A program made the position numbers and the translations under genes. From Apilactobacillus micheneri (lineage in GTDB: Bacteria > Bacillota > Bacilli > Lactobacillales > Lactobacillaceae), in the NCBI RefSeq assembly GCF_002993975.1, contig NZ_POSO01000003.1, forward strand, positions 46,285 through 70,284: DNA of 24,000 nt, written 5' to 3'. This document shows, piece by piece, positions 1 to 9,022 of this stretch. How positions within the stretch are numbered: position 1 is the stretch's first letter; each line of letters begins with the position of its first letter. A model generated the notes under the pieces. That model was not told where the DNA came from, made no database searches, and was given only the letters and a program-made list of their open reading frames with translations.

Positions 1-1
1 A

Positions 2-487
2 ATCTCTGATTTTGGCCTAGCTAGGAATACGGGCATTAGTCGTTCAGATGCCAAAAAATTTATTGAAAAATACTTTAATGAATATCCAGATGTTAAAAAT
101 TATATGGATAATATTGTTCAAAAAGCTAAAGACAATGGTTATGTTGAAACCATTTTAAATCGTCGTAGGTATTTACCAGATATTAATTCTAGAAACTTTC
201 ATCAAAGATCATTTGCTGCTAGAACTGCAATGAATTCACCAATTCAAGGTAGTGCAGCTGATATTATTAAGATTGCAATGTTAAAAATGGAAAAGGCTCT
301 AAAGGATAATCACTTAAAGGCCAAAATGTTATTGCAAGTTCATGATGAATTAATATTTGAAGCACCTAAAGAAGAAATAGCAATTTTAAGCAAATTAGTA
401 CCTAAAGTGATGGATTCAGCTGTTAAATTACAAGTACCATTAAACGTTAAGAGCCATTATGGTAGTAATTGGTACAATATTAAATAA
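2..487 (+). CDS. polA: DNA polymerase I, C-terminal fragment (5' end outside window)
   Basis: Open frame from position 2: ISDFGLARNTGISRSDAKKFIEKYF...RRRYLPDINSRNFHQRSFAARTAMNSPIQGSAADIIKIAM...LQVHDELIFE; family A polymerase motifs incl. the motif C region QVHDE. The supplied ORF starts at an internal Met (104). Confidence 0.96.
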   Translation: MSDFGLARNTGISRSDAKKFIEKYFNEYPDVKNYMDNIVQKAKDNGYVETILNRRRYLPDINSRNFHQRSFAARTAMNSPIQGSAADIIKIAMLKMEKALKDNHLKAKMLLQVHDELIFEAPKEEIAILSKLVPKVMDSAVKLQVPLNVKSHYGSNWYNIK

Positions 488-505
488 AGAAATGAGGTTT
501 TTTAA

Positions 506-1345
506 ATGCCTGAATTACCAGAAGTAGAAACTGTTAGAGAAGGATTAAATCAATTGGTTAAAGGATCACATGTTAATAGCATTGATGTTTTATATCCTAA
601 AATGATTAATGTTACTCCAGAAAAATTAAAAGTTACTTTAACTAATCAAGATATAAAAAGAATAGATAGAAGAGGAAAATACTTACTTTTCCGTTTTTCT
701 AATGACATGACATTAGTTTCCCATTTAAGAATGGAAGGAAAATATGATGTTGAACCCGAAGGCACAGAACCAACAAAACATACACATGTCATTTTTCATT
801 TAAACGATGATCGAGAACTAAGATATAAAGATAGTCGAAAATTTGGCAGAATGTATTTGATTAAAAATGGTGATGAACATACTTTATCAGGACTTGGAAC
901 AATTGGTCCAGAACCTACCGATGATGATTTAACATTTGATTATATGAAATCAATTATGAATAAAGGTAGAGGTAAAATAAAGCCATTTTTATTAAATCAA
1001 AGTCACATTGCTGGTTTAGGTAATATTTATTGTGATGAGGTTTTGTGGTTAAGCAAAATTCATCCAGAAACCATTACTAACACAATTTCTGATAATCAAA
1101 TAATGGAACTTAGAAAAAACATCATTGAAGAAATTAAAATGGCTATTAAGGGTCATGGTACTACTGTTCATTCATACTCCAATGCATATGGAGAAGCTGG
1201 TCAATTTCAAAATAGCCTTCATGTTTATGGAAGAGCTGGAGAGCCATGTGAAAGATGTGGAACTAATTTGGAAAAAATTAAAGTAGCTCAAAGAGGAACA
1301 ACTTTTTGTCCTAACTGTCAACATAAAGTGACTAAAAATGGTTAA
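506..1345 (+). CDS. mutM: Formamidopyrimidine-DNA glycosylase
   Basis: MPELPEVETVR N-terminus and C-terminal zinc finger CERCGTNLEKIKVAQRGTTFCPNCQ; directly downstream of polA. Confidence 0.97.
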   Translation: MPELPEVETVREGLNQLVKGSHVNSIDVLYPKMINVTPEKLKVTLTNQDIKRIDRRGKYLLFRFSNDMTLVSHLRMEGKYDVEPEGTEPTKHTHVIFHLNDDRELRYKDSRKFGRMYLIKNGDEHTLSGLGTIGPEPTDDDLTFDYMKSIMNKGRGKIKPFLLNQSHIAGLGNIYCDEVLWLSKIHPETITNTISDNQIMELRKNIIEEIKMAIKGHGTTVHSYSNAYGEAGQFQNSLHVYGRAGEPCERCGTNLEKIKVAQRGTTFCPNCQHKVTKNG

Positions 1346-1925
1346 AGTAATTGGACTAACAGGCGGAATTGCAACTGGAAAATCTAATGTTTCTGATTGT
1401 TTATCAAAAATGGGATATCAAATAATTGATGCTGATAAAATAACTTATCAGCTGCAACATAAGGATAACGATTGCTTAAATGCAATTACAAAACATTTTG
1501 GTAATGATATTCTAGAAAAAAATGGTGAATTAAATCGTTCTCGTTTAGCTAAACTTGTTTTTGCAAATAAAGAAAATCTAACTAATTTAGTGCGCATTAT
1601 GGATCCATATATTAGATCCAATGTTCAATCAATTATTAATAATACTCATGAAAAACTAGTTGTATTCGATGCACCTACTTTATTTGAAAATGGTTATGCT
1701 TTTATGTGCGATATGATAATTGTTGTTACTTGTACACCTATTAATCAGTTAAATAGATTACAATTGAGAAATAATTTGAGTATTTCTGATTCCGTTAAGC
1801 GGATTAAAAGTCAATGGCCTTTAAATTTTAAAGAAAAATTGGCTGATTATTTAATAGATAGTAATGGTTCCATTATGCAAACTCGTAATCAAGTGATAAA
1901 ATTGTTTAATAAAATAGATAATTAA
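1338..1925 (+). CDS. coaE: Dephospho-CoA kinase
   Basis: MVKVIGLTGGIATGKSNVSDCL P-loop, IIDADKITYQL; overlaps mutM end by 8 nt. Confidence 0.95.
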   Translation: MVKVIGLTGGIATGKSNVSDCLSKMGYQIIDADKITYQLQHKDNDCLNAITKHFGNDILEKNGELNRSRLAKLVFANKENLTNLVRIMDPYIRSNVQSIINNTHEKLVVFDAPTLFENGYAFMCDMIIVVTCTPINQLNRLQLRNNLSISDSVKRIKSQWPLNFKEKLADYLIDSNGSIMQTRNQVIKLFNKIDN

Positions 1926-1944
1926 AAATTTGGGGTGAAAGTTA

Positions 1945-2430
1945 ATGCAATGTCCTCATTGCCATAAAAATTCATCTAGAGTAGTAGATAGTCGTCCCAC
2001 TGAAAACGGACAAGTAATTCGTCGTCGTAGAGAATGTGAAAAGTGTGGCTATAGATATACTACCTTTGAAAGAATTGAACAAACACCATTATTAGTAGTT
2101 AAAAATAATGGTAATAGAGAAGAATTTAATCGTGAAAAAGTTTTAAAAGGAATTATCAGATCAGCAGAAAAGCGTCCAGTTTCTATGGATTCTATGAAAA
2201 CAATTGTTGATAATGTCGAATCGAAAATTAGAGCTATGGGTGAAAATGAAATTCCAAGTCAATCTATTGGTGAATATGTGATGAAAGAATTAGTAAATGT
2301 TGACGAAATTGCATATATTAGATTCGCTAGTGTATATCGACAATTTAAAGATATGACTGTCTTTTATAATGAATTAAAAGAAGTTTTAGATAATGATCAT
2401 CAAAAGAGTCAAAAAAATAACGGAGAATAG
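1945..2430 (+). CDS. nrdR: Transcriptional repressor NrdR
   Basis: MQCPHCHKNSSRVVDSRPTENGQVIRRRRECEKCGYRYTTFERIE, canonical NrdR zinc ribbon and ATP-cone; preceded by GGGGTGA. Confidence 0.97.
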   Translation: MQCPHCHKNSSRVVDSRPTENGQVIRRRRECEKCGYRYTTFERIEQTPLLVVKNNGNREEFNREKVLKGIIRSAEKRPVSMDSMKTIVDNVESKIRAMGENEIPSQSIGEYVMKELVNVDEIAYIRFASVYRQFKDMTVFYNELKEVLDNDHQKSQKNNGE

Positions 2431-2432
2431 AC

Positions 2433-3815
2433 ATGGAAGAATGGCGTAATATTAGTCCTCAAGATAATTTTATTCTAACTTCTGATTATTTCATTTCTGA
2501 TTTAGAAAGAAATGCTTTAGACATTCTTTATCAACCAATTATTGGGATTAATGCTTATGCTTTAATAAATAATCTTTGGAGAATGTATGAACGAGATAAA
2601 GATTTTGAATTACATGTTAATTTTGAACTGCTTGCTTATTTAAACATTGATATTCAATCATTTTATGAAGCTAGATTAAAGCTTGAAGGTGCCGGGTTGG
2701 TTAAAACTTATGTAAATGATAACCATCGTTATGTATATAAGCTTATAAAACCGCTTGATATTAATCAATTTTTTAGTGATGATTTGTTAAGTGTTACTTT
2801 ATTACAGACCATTGGTGAAAATCGTTATGAAGATATCGTTAATGATGTAATAACAGATAATTACGATTTAGAAAAATATAATGATATCTCAAAAAATTTT
2901 TTGCAAGTTTTTCATATCAAGAACAGTGAATTATCTGATACACCTAAGGATGTTAGCGAAGCCAAATCATTAGTTGTAAACTCCACAAAACCGGGTACAA
3001 ATGATGTTAATTCTGATGACGATTTTGATTTTAGTTTAGTTTTATCCATACTAGAGCAATCTTTTGTAAATATTTCTGATGTTAAGAAAAATCATCATTT
3101 AATTCAATCTGAGCATTTATTATATGGAATTAATGAACCAGAGATGGCCAGATTTATTGAAAAAGCCACTAATGTTAATAATAATGTTTTTGATCCTAAT
3201 AAACTAAAATTATTGGTTGATAGGGACTTTGCTAATAAGAATGTTAATCTTAATGAAGATAATAGAAAATCTTATGTTGCTAACGATGGTAATAATCTTA
3301 ATCAAGGTGAAAAACAGATAGTTAATATGGCTAAAGAATTTTCTCCCTTAGATTTTTTACAGGGTTTAAAAAAACAAGTAGATGGCTTTGTTCATGATAA
3401 TGAAATTAGAACTATTCGCGATGTAATGGATGTTTCTGTATTAAAACCAGAAGTTATAAATATGGTTACTTATCATATAATTATTGATCAAAAAAAGTCA
3501 GGACTAAGTAGAAATCTTTTTACTACCATTGCTGATAATTGGTCGCAAAAGGGAATTAGAACTGCTGAAGATGCCATTTCAGAAATTAGGAATCGCAAAA
3601 AGACGTCTGATGAAAAGAAGCGTGAGCATAAGAGAAGTTATCGTAAACCAATTAAGGAAGAACTTCCTGACTGGGCAAAAAATAATGATGCAAAAGATAA
3701 TTCTGTGAAAAAAGACAAAAAGAATACCCAAGATAAAGATTCGATTCCGGATGAATCTAGAAAAAAAGAATTAGAAGATAAACTAAAAAGAATTAGAAGT
3801 TGGGGTAAAAAGTGA
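2433..3815 (+). CDS. dnaB: Replication initiation and membrane attachment protein DnaB (Firmicute type)
   Basis: 460 aa ORF between nrdR and dnaI; N-terminal YFISDLERNALDILYQPIIGINAYALINNLWRMY typical of DnaB. Confidence 0.9.
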   Translation: MEEWRNISPQDNFILTSDYFISDLERNALDILYQPIIGINAYALINNLWRMYERDKDFELHVNFELLAYLNIDIQSFYEARLKLEGAGLVKTYVNDNHRYVYKLIKPLDINQFFSDDLLSVTLLQTIGENRYEDIVNDVITDNYDLEKYNDISKNFLQVFHIKNSELSDTPKDVSEAKSLVVNSTKPGTNDVNSDDDFDFSLVLSILEQSFVNISDVKKNHHLIQSEHLLYGINEPEMARFIEKATNVNNNVFDPNKLKLLVDRDFANKNVNLNEDNRKSYVANDGNNLNQGEKQIVNMAKEFSPLDFLQGLKKQVDGFVHDNEIRTIRDVMDVSVLKPEVINMVTYHIIIDQKKSGLSRNLFTTIADNWSQKGIRTAEDAISEIRNRKKTSDEKKREHKRSYRKPIKEELPDWAKNNDAKDNSVKKDKKNTQDKDSIPDESRKKELEDKLKRIRSWGKK

Positions 3816-3824
3816 GGGTAGACA

Positions 3825-4757
3825 ATGGAAAATTTAAGTGATGAGCTATCAAGGTTAATGATTAATAAGAAGTTTGGTGAGCAATTTAAAAAGCTTGCTA
3901 ATAATGTCTTAAAAGACAAAGATGTAAATGAATTTTTGAATGCTAATAAAAATAATTTAGATCACCAAACAATTATTAAATCTATTTCTAAATTATATGA
4001 ATTTGTTAATGAACGAGATAAAGTTATTTCTGGGAAAAATTCTACAATTCCAGGATACGAACCTAAATTAGAGCTTAGTAAGGACTCAATTAATGTTGCT
4101 TATGTTCCAACAAAAAGTAAACTAGCTTCTATTAAGAATGCAAAAATGTTAAAGAAAATGCATTTAGTTTCTTTGCCCAATGCACTAAGAAAAATTGATT
4201 TAAAACAATTTTATACTGATAAAGATCAGGAACGTATAGATGCATATAACGATATATTGCAATTTATTGTTGATTATGAACAAGATCCTAAAAAATATCA
4301 TCAAGGAATTTACCTTCATGGTGAATTTGGAGTTGGGAAAACATTTCTAATGGCTGCAATGGCAAATGAACTAGTTAAAAATGGATATGAAGTAATGTTA
4401 TTACATTTTCCTAGTTTTGTTACTGAAATGAAAAATTCTATTAAAAACAATACTGTTGCCAAAAAGTTAGATAGAATTAAGAAAATGCCTTTACTCATAT
4501 TAGATGATATTGGTGCTGATGATATGTCTTCTTGGATTCGGGATGATATTTTTAGTGTAATATTGGAATATAGAATGCAAAATTCACTTCCTACATTTTT
4601 TACATCTAACTATTCAATGAGTGAGTTTGAGAATAATCATCTGAGATTTAATAATAAGGGTGATGAAGAGCCCCTGAAAGCTCAAAGAATTATGCAAAGA
4701 ATCCGCTTTTTATCCAAAGAAGTTAAAATAACTGGTGATAATCGTCGTCCACAATAA
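3825..4757 (+). CDS. dnaI: Primosomal protein DnaI (helicase loader)
   Basis: AAA+ ATPase with Walker A GEFGVGKTFLMAAMANEL and Walker B LLILDDIGAD; downstream of dnaB. Confidence 0.95.
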   Translation: MENLSDELSRLMINKKFGEQFKKLANNVLKDKDVNEFLNANKNNLDHQTIIKSISKLYEFVNERDKVISGKNSTIPGYEPKLELSKDSINVAYVPTKSKLASIKNAKMLKKMHLVSLPNALRKIDLKQFYTDKDQERIDAYNDILQFIVDYEQDPKKYHQGIYLHGEFGVGKTFLMAAMANELVKNGYEVMLLHFPSFVTEMKNSIKNNTVAKKLDRIKKMPLLILDDIGADDMSSWIRDDIFSVILEYRMQNSLPTFFTSNYSMSEFENNHLRFNNKGDEEPLKAQRIMQRIRFLSKEVKITGDNRRPQ

Positions 4758-4764
4758 AATAGAC

Positions 4765-4793
4765 TTGACATTTTATCTTTAAATAATCATAAT
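4765..4793 (+). promoter_or_regulatory. Sigma-A-like promoter of the T-box-thrS transcript
   Basis: TTGACA (4765-4770), 17-nt spacer, CATAAT (4788-4793), a few nt upstream of the base of T-box stem I. Confidence 0.7.
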
Positions 4794-4799
4794 TATAAA

Positions 4800-5040
4800 T
4801 ATAGAAGATATAATTTAATTATTTAAATTTTCAGGGAGAAGAAACATTAACTGTAAGTTTCTTTATATTTGATTTTTAAATTACCACTTCTATAAATAGT
4901 TTAGAGGAAATTCTAAATCGGGTTGTTACCGTTAAAGACTAACTATGAGGTCTGCATATAATCTATGTAGATAGAATTCGGGTGGAACCACGTAATTTAC
5001 GTCCCTAGTGTCACTTTTTGTGACGCTAGGGACTTTTTTT
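4800..5040 (+). promoter_or_regulatory. T-box riboswitch leader upstream of thrS
   Basis: Stem I base TATAGAAG (4800-4807)/CTTCTATA (4887-4894), second helix AATTTAA (4812-4818)/TTAAATT (4876-4882), specifier ACC (4883-4885), T-box core GGTGGAACCACG (4981-4992), then terminator GTCCCTAGTGTCAC-TTTTT-GTGACGCTAGGGAC plus T-run. Confidence 0.9.
5001..5040 (+). terminator. Regulated terminator of thrS T-box leader
   Basis: GTCCCTAGTGTCAC ... GTGACGCTAGGGAC followed by TTTTTTT. Confidence 0.88.
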
Positions 5041-5082
5041 ATTCCTTTTCCCGTATAAATTAATCAAAGAGGAGAGATATTT

Positions 5083-7029
5083 ATGGCTAAGCTTTCTTTT
5101 GAATTTCCAGATGGAAATGTAAAAGATTTTGATGAGGGTGTAACTACTGAAGATATCGCTAAATCTATCTCCATTAGTTTAGCTAAAAAAGCAGTTGCCG
5201 GAAAAATTGACGATAAAATGGTTGATATAGATTTACCATTGAATTCTGGTGGAAAAATTGAAATTGTAACTAAAGATTCTGATGATGGTTTAAAAGTATT
5301 ACGTCAAACAGCTTCTCAACTATTAAAGGCTGCATTAGCTGATCAATTTACAAATATTCAATTTGGTGAAAGTACTTCTGATGAAGATGGATTCTTTGTT
5401 GATACTGATAAAAGAGAAACTCAAGTTAGTGCTGATGAATTGCCTCAACTTGAAGAACGTATGCATAAAATGGTTAAAAATAATGTTCAAATTGAACGTA
5501 AAGTTTTAAGCAAAGAAGATGCCTTAAAGCAAGTTGATGGAGATCCATATCAAGCTAAGTTAGTTAATAAATTAGCTATGAACGATCAAGTTGTATTTTA
5601 TCAAATTGGAGATTATTTAGGTTTAGGTGAAGGCGTTGTTCTTCCATCTGCTAAACAAGTTAAAGAATTTAAGCTACTATCAGTTGCTGGTGCATACTGG
5701 GAAGGTAAGTCATCAAACCCAATGTTACAAAGAATTTTTGCAACTGCATTTTATAAGAAGGCCGATTTGGAAGCTGATGTTAAACAACGTCAAGAAGCTA
5801 AAGAACGTGACCATCGTGTTATTGGTAACAAATTAGATTTATTCTTTGTTGATCCTAAGGTTGGTGCAGGTTTAGCATACTGGATGCCTAATGGTGCTAC
5901 TGTTCGTCGCGTTGTTGAAAGATATATCGTGGACAAAGAATTGGCTAATGGCTATGAACATGTTATTACTCCAGTTCTTATGAATCTTAATGCTTATAAA
6001 ACTTCAGGACATTGGGCACATTATCGTGATGATATGTTCCCACCAATGGATATGGGAGATGGTGAAGAACTAGAGTTACGTCCTATGAACTGTCCAAGTC
6101 ATATTCAAATTTATAAACATCATATTCGTTCATATCGTGAACTTCCAATTCGTATTGCTGAATTAGGAATGATGCATAGATATGAAAAATCAGGTGCCTT
6201 ATCAGGATTACAACGTGTACGTGAAATGACATTAAATGATGGGCACACTTTCTTAGCAATTGATCAAATTCAAGATGAATTTAAAAAAATCTTGCATTTA
6301 ATGACTGAAGTATACAAGGACTTTGATATTAGTAATTATCACTTTAGATTAAGTTACCGTGATCCAAAGAATACCGAAAAGTATTTTGATGATGATGAAA
6401 TGTGGAACAAGTCTCAATCAATGCTTAAGGGTGCTATGGACGATTTAGGTTTAGAATATGTTGAAGCTGAAGGTGAAGCAGCATTCTACGGTCCTAAACT
6501 TGATGTTCAAACATACACAGCTATGGGTAATGAAGAGACACTATCTACTATTCAATTAGACTTTATGTTACCTGAAAGATTTGATCTACATTATGTTGGT
6601 GAAGATGGTAAAGAACACCGTCCTGTTATGATGCACCGTGGTTTAGTTTCAACTATGGAAAGATTCATTGCTTATCTAATTGAAGTTTATAAGGGTGCTT
6701 TCCCAACATGGTTAGCTCCTCATCAAGTTAAAATTATTCCTGTAAGTATGAATAAACATGGCGATTATGCTAAACAAATTAATGAAAAATTAGTTAAAAT
6801 GGGTATTCGCTCAAGTGTTGACGACCGTAATGAAAAAATGGGTTATTTAATTCGTGATGCTCAAACTAATAAGATTCCTTATACATTAGTTGTTGGTGAT
6901 AATGAAATGAATTCCAATAGCGTTTCTGTACGTAAATACAGTGAAAAAGATAGTAAAGACGAATCTTTTGATGAATTTACTAAAGAGATTCAAAATGATA
7001 TTGATAATTATTCTAGAGGAAATAAATAA
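5083..7029 (+). CDS. thrS: Threonyl-tRNA synthetase
   Basis: 648 aa; TGS domain, motifs such as [31 protein letters not shown] and [18 protein letters not shown]; GGAGAG RBS and T-box upstream. Confidence 0.98.
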   Translation: MAKLSFEFPDGNVKDFDEGVTTEDIAKSISISLAKKAVAGKIDDKMVDIDLPLNSGGKIEIVTKDSDDGLKVLRQTASQLLKAALADQFTNIQFGESTSDEDGFFVDTDKRETQVSADELPQLEERMHKMVKNNVQIERKVLSKEDALKQVDGDPYQAKLVNKLAMNDQVVFYQIGDYLGLGEGVVLPSAKQVKEFKLLSVAGAYWEGKSSNPMLQRIFATAFYKKADLEADVKQRQEAKERDHRVIGNKLDLFFVDPKVGAGLAYWMPNGATVRRVVERYIVDKELANGYEHVITPVLMNLNAYKTSGHWAHYRDDMFPPMDMGDGEELELRPMNCPSHIQIYKHHIRSYRELPIRIAELGMMHRYEKSGALSGLQRVREMTLNDGHTFLAIDQIQDEFKKILHLMTEVYKDFDISNYHFRLSYRDPKNTEKYFDDDEMWNKSQSMLKGAMDDLGLEYVEAEGEAAFYGPKLDVQTYTAMGNEETLSTIQLDFMLPERFDLHYVGEDGKEHRPVMMHRGLVSTMERFIAYLIEVYKGAFPTWLAPHQVKIIPVSMNKHGDYAKQINEKLVKMGIRSSVDDRNEKMGYLIRDAQTNKIPYTLVVGDNEMNSNSVSVRKYSEKDSKDESFDEFTKEIQNDIDNYSRGNK

Positions 7030-7033
7030 TTTG

Positions 7034-7062
7034 TTGACAATGAATTATTTATTTGGTAGTAT
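7034..7062 (+). promoter_or_regulatory. Sigma-A-like promoter for infC-rpmI-rplT leader
   Basis: TTGACA (7034-7039), 17-nt spacer, TAGTAT (7057-7062). Confidence 0.65.
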
Positions 7063-7074
7063 TAAATTATCGAA

Positions 7075-7200
7075 AAAGCAGAAGCCTTCCCGCTTCTCGC
7101 CTCAGTGACAATTAAGTTGCTAGGCATGATATCGGATGAACCTTTGTTTATTTTACAAAGGACAGATGCGGGAGCCTTCTTAGGTTCCCGCATTTTTTCT
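7075..7200 (+). promoter_or_regulatory. Structured leader upstream of infC-rpmI-rplT, probably an L20-type autoregulatory leader
   Basis: Several local hairpins (AGAAGC-cttccc-GCTTCT, GCCT...AGGC) ending in a terminator before infC; position matches the known L20 leader of Firmicute infC operons. Family assignment is from position and architecture, not a covariance model. Confidence 0.7.
7166..7198 (+). terminator. Leader terminator/attenuator upstream of infC
   Basis: ATGCGGGAGCCT-tctt-AGGTTCCCGCAT followed by TTTTT. Confidence 0.85.
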
Positions 7201-7230
7201 GCTTTTTAATATACTTGGAGGTGAATTACC

Positions 7231-7752
7231 ATAGCAAACGATATGATGGTTAATGATGGAATTCGAGCACGTGAAGTTCGTTTAATTGGTGCAAATGGTG
7301 ATCAATTAGGAGTTAAGTCAAAGGCGGAAGCAATGAAACTTGCTGAAGATGCAGGATTAGATCTTGTAGTTGTAGCTCCTAAAGCTAAGCCTATGGTTGC
7401 TAAAGTATTAGATTACGGTAAATACCGCTTTGAACAACAAAAGAAAGCTCGTCAAGCTCGTAAGAAACAAAAAGTTGTCAGTGTTAAGGAAATTAGACTT
7501 AGCCCAACTATTGATACTAATGATTTCAACACTAAGTTGAAAAGAACTCAAAAGTTCTTATCAAAAGGTGAAAAAGTTCGAGTATCAATTCGTTTCAAGG
7601 GACGTGCCATCACACATAAAGAAATTGGTCGTGATGTGTTAAACAGAATGGCAGAATCTACATCAGAAGTTGCTAATGTTACTCAACGAGCAAAAATGGA
7701 TGGAAGAAGTATGTTCCTAATGCTCGCACCTAAATCAAGCGATAAAAAATAG
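7231..7752 (+). CDS. infC: Translation initiation factor IF-3, likely non-canonical start (ATA at 7231, or ATT at 7225)
   Basis: Supplied ORF from 7243 encodes [23 protein letters not shown]...; in-frame upstream codons ATT ACC ATA GCA AAC GAT extend it to the conserved IF-3 N-terminus (ISKD/IAKD-like). GGAGG at 7217-7221 is 9 nt from ATA 7231 but 21 nt from ATG 7243. Confidence 0.93.
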   Translation: MANDMMVNDGIRAREVRLIGANGDQLGVKSKAEAMKLAEDAGLDLVVVAPKAKPMVAKVLDYGKYRFEQQKKARQARKKQKVVSVKEIRLSPTIDTNDFNTKLKRTQKFLSKGEKVRVSIRFKGRAITHKEIGRDVLNRMAESTSEVANVTQRAKMDGRSMFLMLAPKSSDKK

Positions 7753-7798
7753 TTAGTATTTATATAATACTTTAAAGAATTTAAGGGAGGATTTCACA

Positions 7799-7987
7799 AT
7801 GCCAAAGACTAAAACAAATCGTGCTATTGCTAAGCGTTTCAAAAAGACCGCTAAGGGTGGTTTAAAGAGTGCTAATGCATTTACAAGTCACCGTTTCCAT
7901 GGTAAGACAAAGAAACAACGTCGTAACCTACGTGGAACTAGCATGATCAATAAGACAACTGCTAATAAATACGAAAAGATGTTTTAA
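7799..7987 (+). CDS. rpmI: 50S ribosomal protein L35
   Basis: MPKTKTNRAIAKRFKKTAKGGLKSANAFTSHRFHGKTKKQRRNLRGT; GGGAGG RBS. Confidence 0.98.
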   Translation: MPKTKTNRAIAKRFKKTAKGGLKSANAFTSHRFHGKTKKQRRNLRGTSMINKTTANKYEKMF

Positions 7988-8019
7988 TTAATAAGACATA
8001 ATTATAGGAGGATTTAAAC

Positions 8020-8375
8020 ATGCCAAGAGTTAAGGTGGAACAGTTACTCATGCACGTCGTAAACGTGTTTTAAAACAAGCTAAGGGTTACCGTGAAGGTA
8101 AACACAGTCTTTTCAAGACTGCTAAAGACCAAGTTATGAAGTCACGCGAATATGCATTCCGTGATCGTAAAGCAAACAAAAGTAATTTCAGAAGATTATG
8201 GATTGCTCGTATTAACGCAGCAGCTCGTATGAATGGATTAAGCTACAGTAAATTAATGCACGGTTTGAAACTTTCAAACATTGAAATGAACCGTAAAATG
8301 TTAGCTGATTTAGCTGTAAATGACGAAAAAGCATTTGCTTCATTAGCCGAAACTGCTAAGAAAGCTGTTAAATAA
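8020..8375 (+). pseudogene. rplT: 50S ribosomal protein L20 with apparent 1-nt deletion at codon 5 (probably a sequence error)
   Basis: ATG 8020 after an AGGAGG RBS reads MPRVK then [12 protein letters not shown]-stop; from 8034 the frame encodes [42 protein letters not shown]...KKAVK. Restoring one A (GTTAAGG to GTTAAAGG) gives a normal 118-aa L20. The supplied ORF covers only 8136-8375. Confidence 0.93.
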
Positions 8376-8386
8376 TTTTCAAAAAT

Positions 8387-8427
8387 AAAACTTTCACCAC
8401 TTAAGGTAAGTAGGTGGGAGTTTTTTT
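8387..8427 (+). terminator. Rho-independent terminator after rplT
   Basis: AAAACTTTCACC (8387-8398) pairs with GGTGGGAGTTTT (8413-8424), followed by more T's; 12 bp including two G-U pairs. Confidence 0.75.
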
Positions 8428-8491
8428 CTTATTAAGTAAGTAATTAAAATTGCTTACTTTACATATATTTATTAAGAGGAGTTTTATTATT

Positions 8492-9022
8492 ATGATATCT
8501 AAATTTAAACCAACCTGGATGATACCTATGATTTATAATATATCACCGGTTAAATTAGAAGACATGGGAATAAAATATGTTTTTACAGATTTGGATAACA
8601 CTTTAATCCCATGGAATAATCCATATGGAACTCCTCAGCTTAGAAATTGGTTGAATAATCTAAGCAAACATAATATTGAACTTGTTGTTATATCTAATAA
8701 TAAACGATCAAGAGTTAAAAAAGCTTTAGAAATGCTAGATTTAGATTTTATATCTAGATCTTTAAAACCATTTCCAAATGGTATTAACAAGGCATTAAAA
8801 AAATATCACTTAAATAAAAAACAAGTTATAATGGTTGGGGATCAACTTTTAACTGATGTTTGGGCATCCAATAATGCTGGAGTTAGAAGTGTCTTAGTTA
8901 AACCATTAATTGAAACGGATGCTTGGAATACAAAGCCAAATCGTTTTATTGAAAAAAAGATTTGGAAAAAGTTAAATAAAAAATATGTTGATTTAAAATG
9001 GCAGGAGGATATTAATGACTGA
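8492..9022 (+). CDS. yqeG: YqeG family HAD-type phosphatase
   Basis: MISKFKPTWMIPMIYNISPVKLEDMGIKYVFTDLDNTLIPW; DxDxT motif. Start placed at 8492 by GAGGAG RBS rather than 8450 in the ORF track. Confidence 0.9.
   Translation: MISKFKPTWMIPMIYNISPVKLEDMGIKYVFTDLDNTLIPWNNPYGTPQLRNWLNNLSKHNIELVVISNNKRSRVKKALEMLDLDFISRSLKPFPNGINKALKKYHLNKKQVIMVGDQLLTDVWASNNAGVRSVLVKPLIETDAWNTKPNRFIEKKIWKKLNKKYVDLKWQEDIND

Noticed and set aside
3638-3919. Minus-strand ORF of 93 aa
   Set aside because: Antisense to the dnaB 3' end/dnaI 5' end, no RBS or recognisable domain; shadow ORF of an AT-rich coding region.
4316-4498. Minus-strand ORF of 60 aa
   Set aside because: Entirely antisense to dnaI; translation is only the complement of conserved AAA+ sequence.
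5627-5836. Plus-strand ORF of 69 aa
   Set aside because: Out-of-frame inside thrS, no RBS or homology.
8434-8459. Small inverted repeat AAGTAAG...CTTACTT upstream of yqeG
   Set aside because: 7-bp arms in AT-rich DNA right after the rplT terminator, no T-run or promoter context; too weak to claim function.
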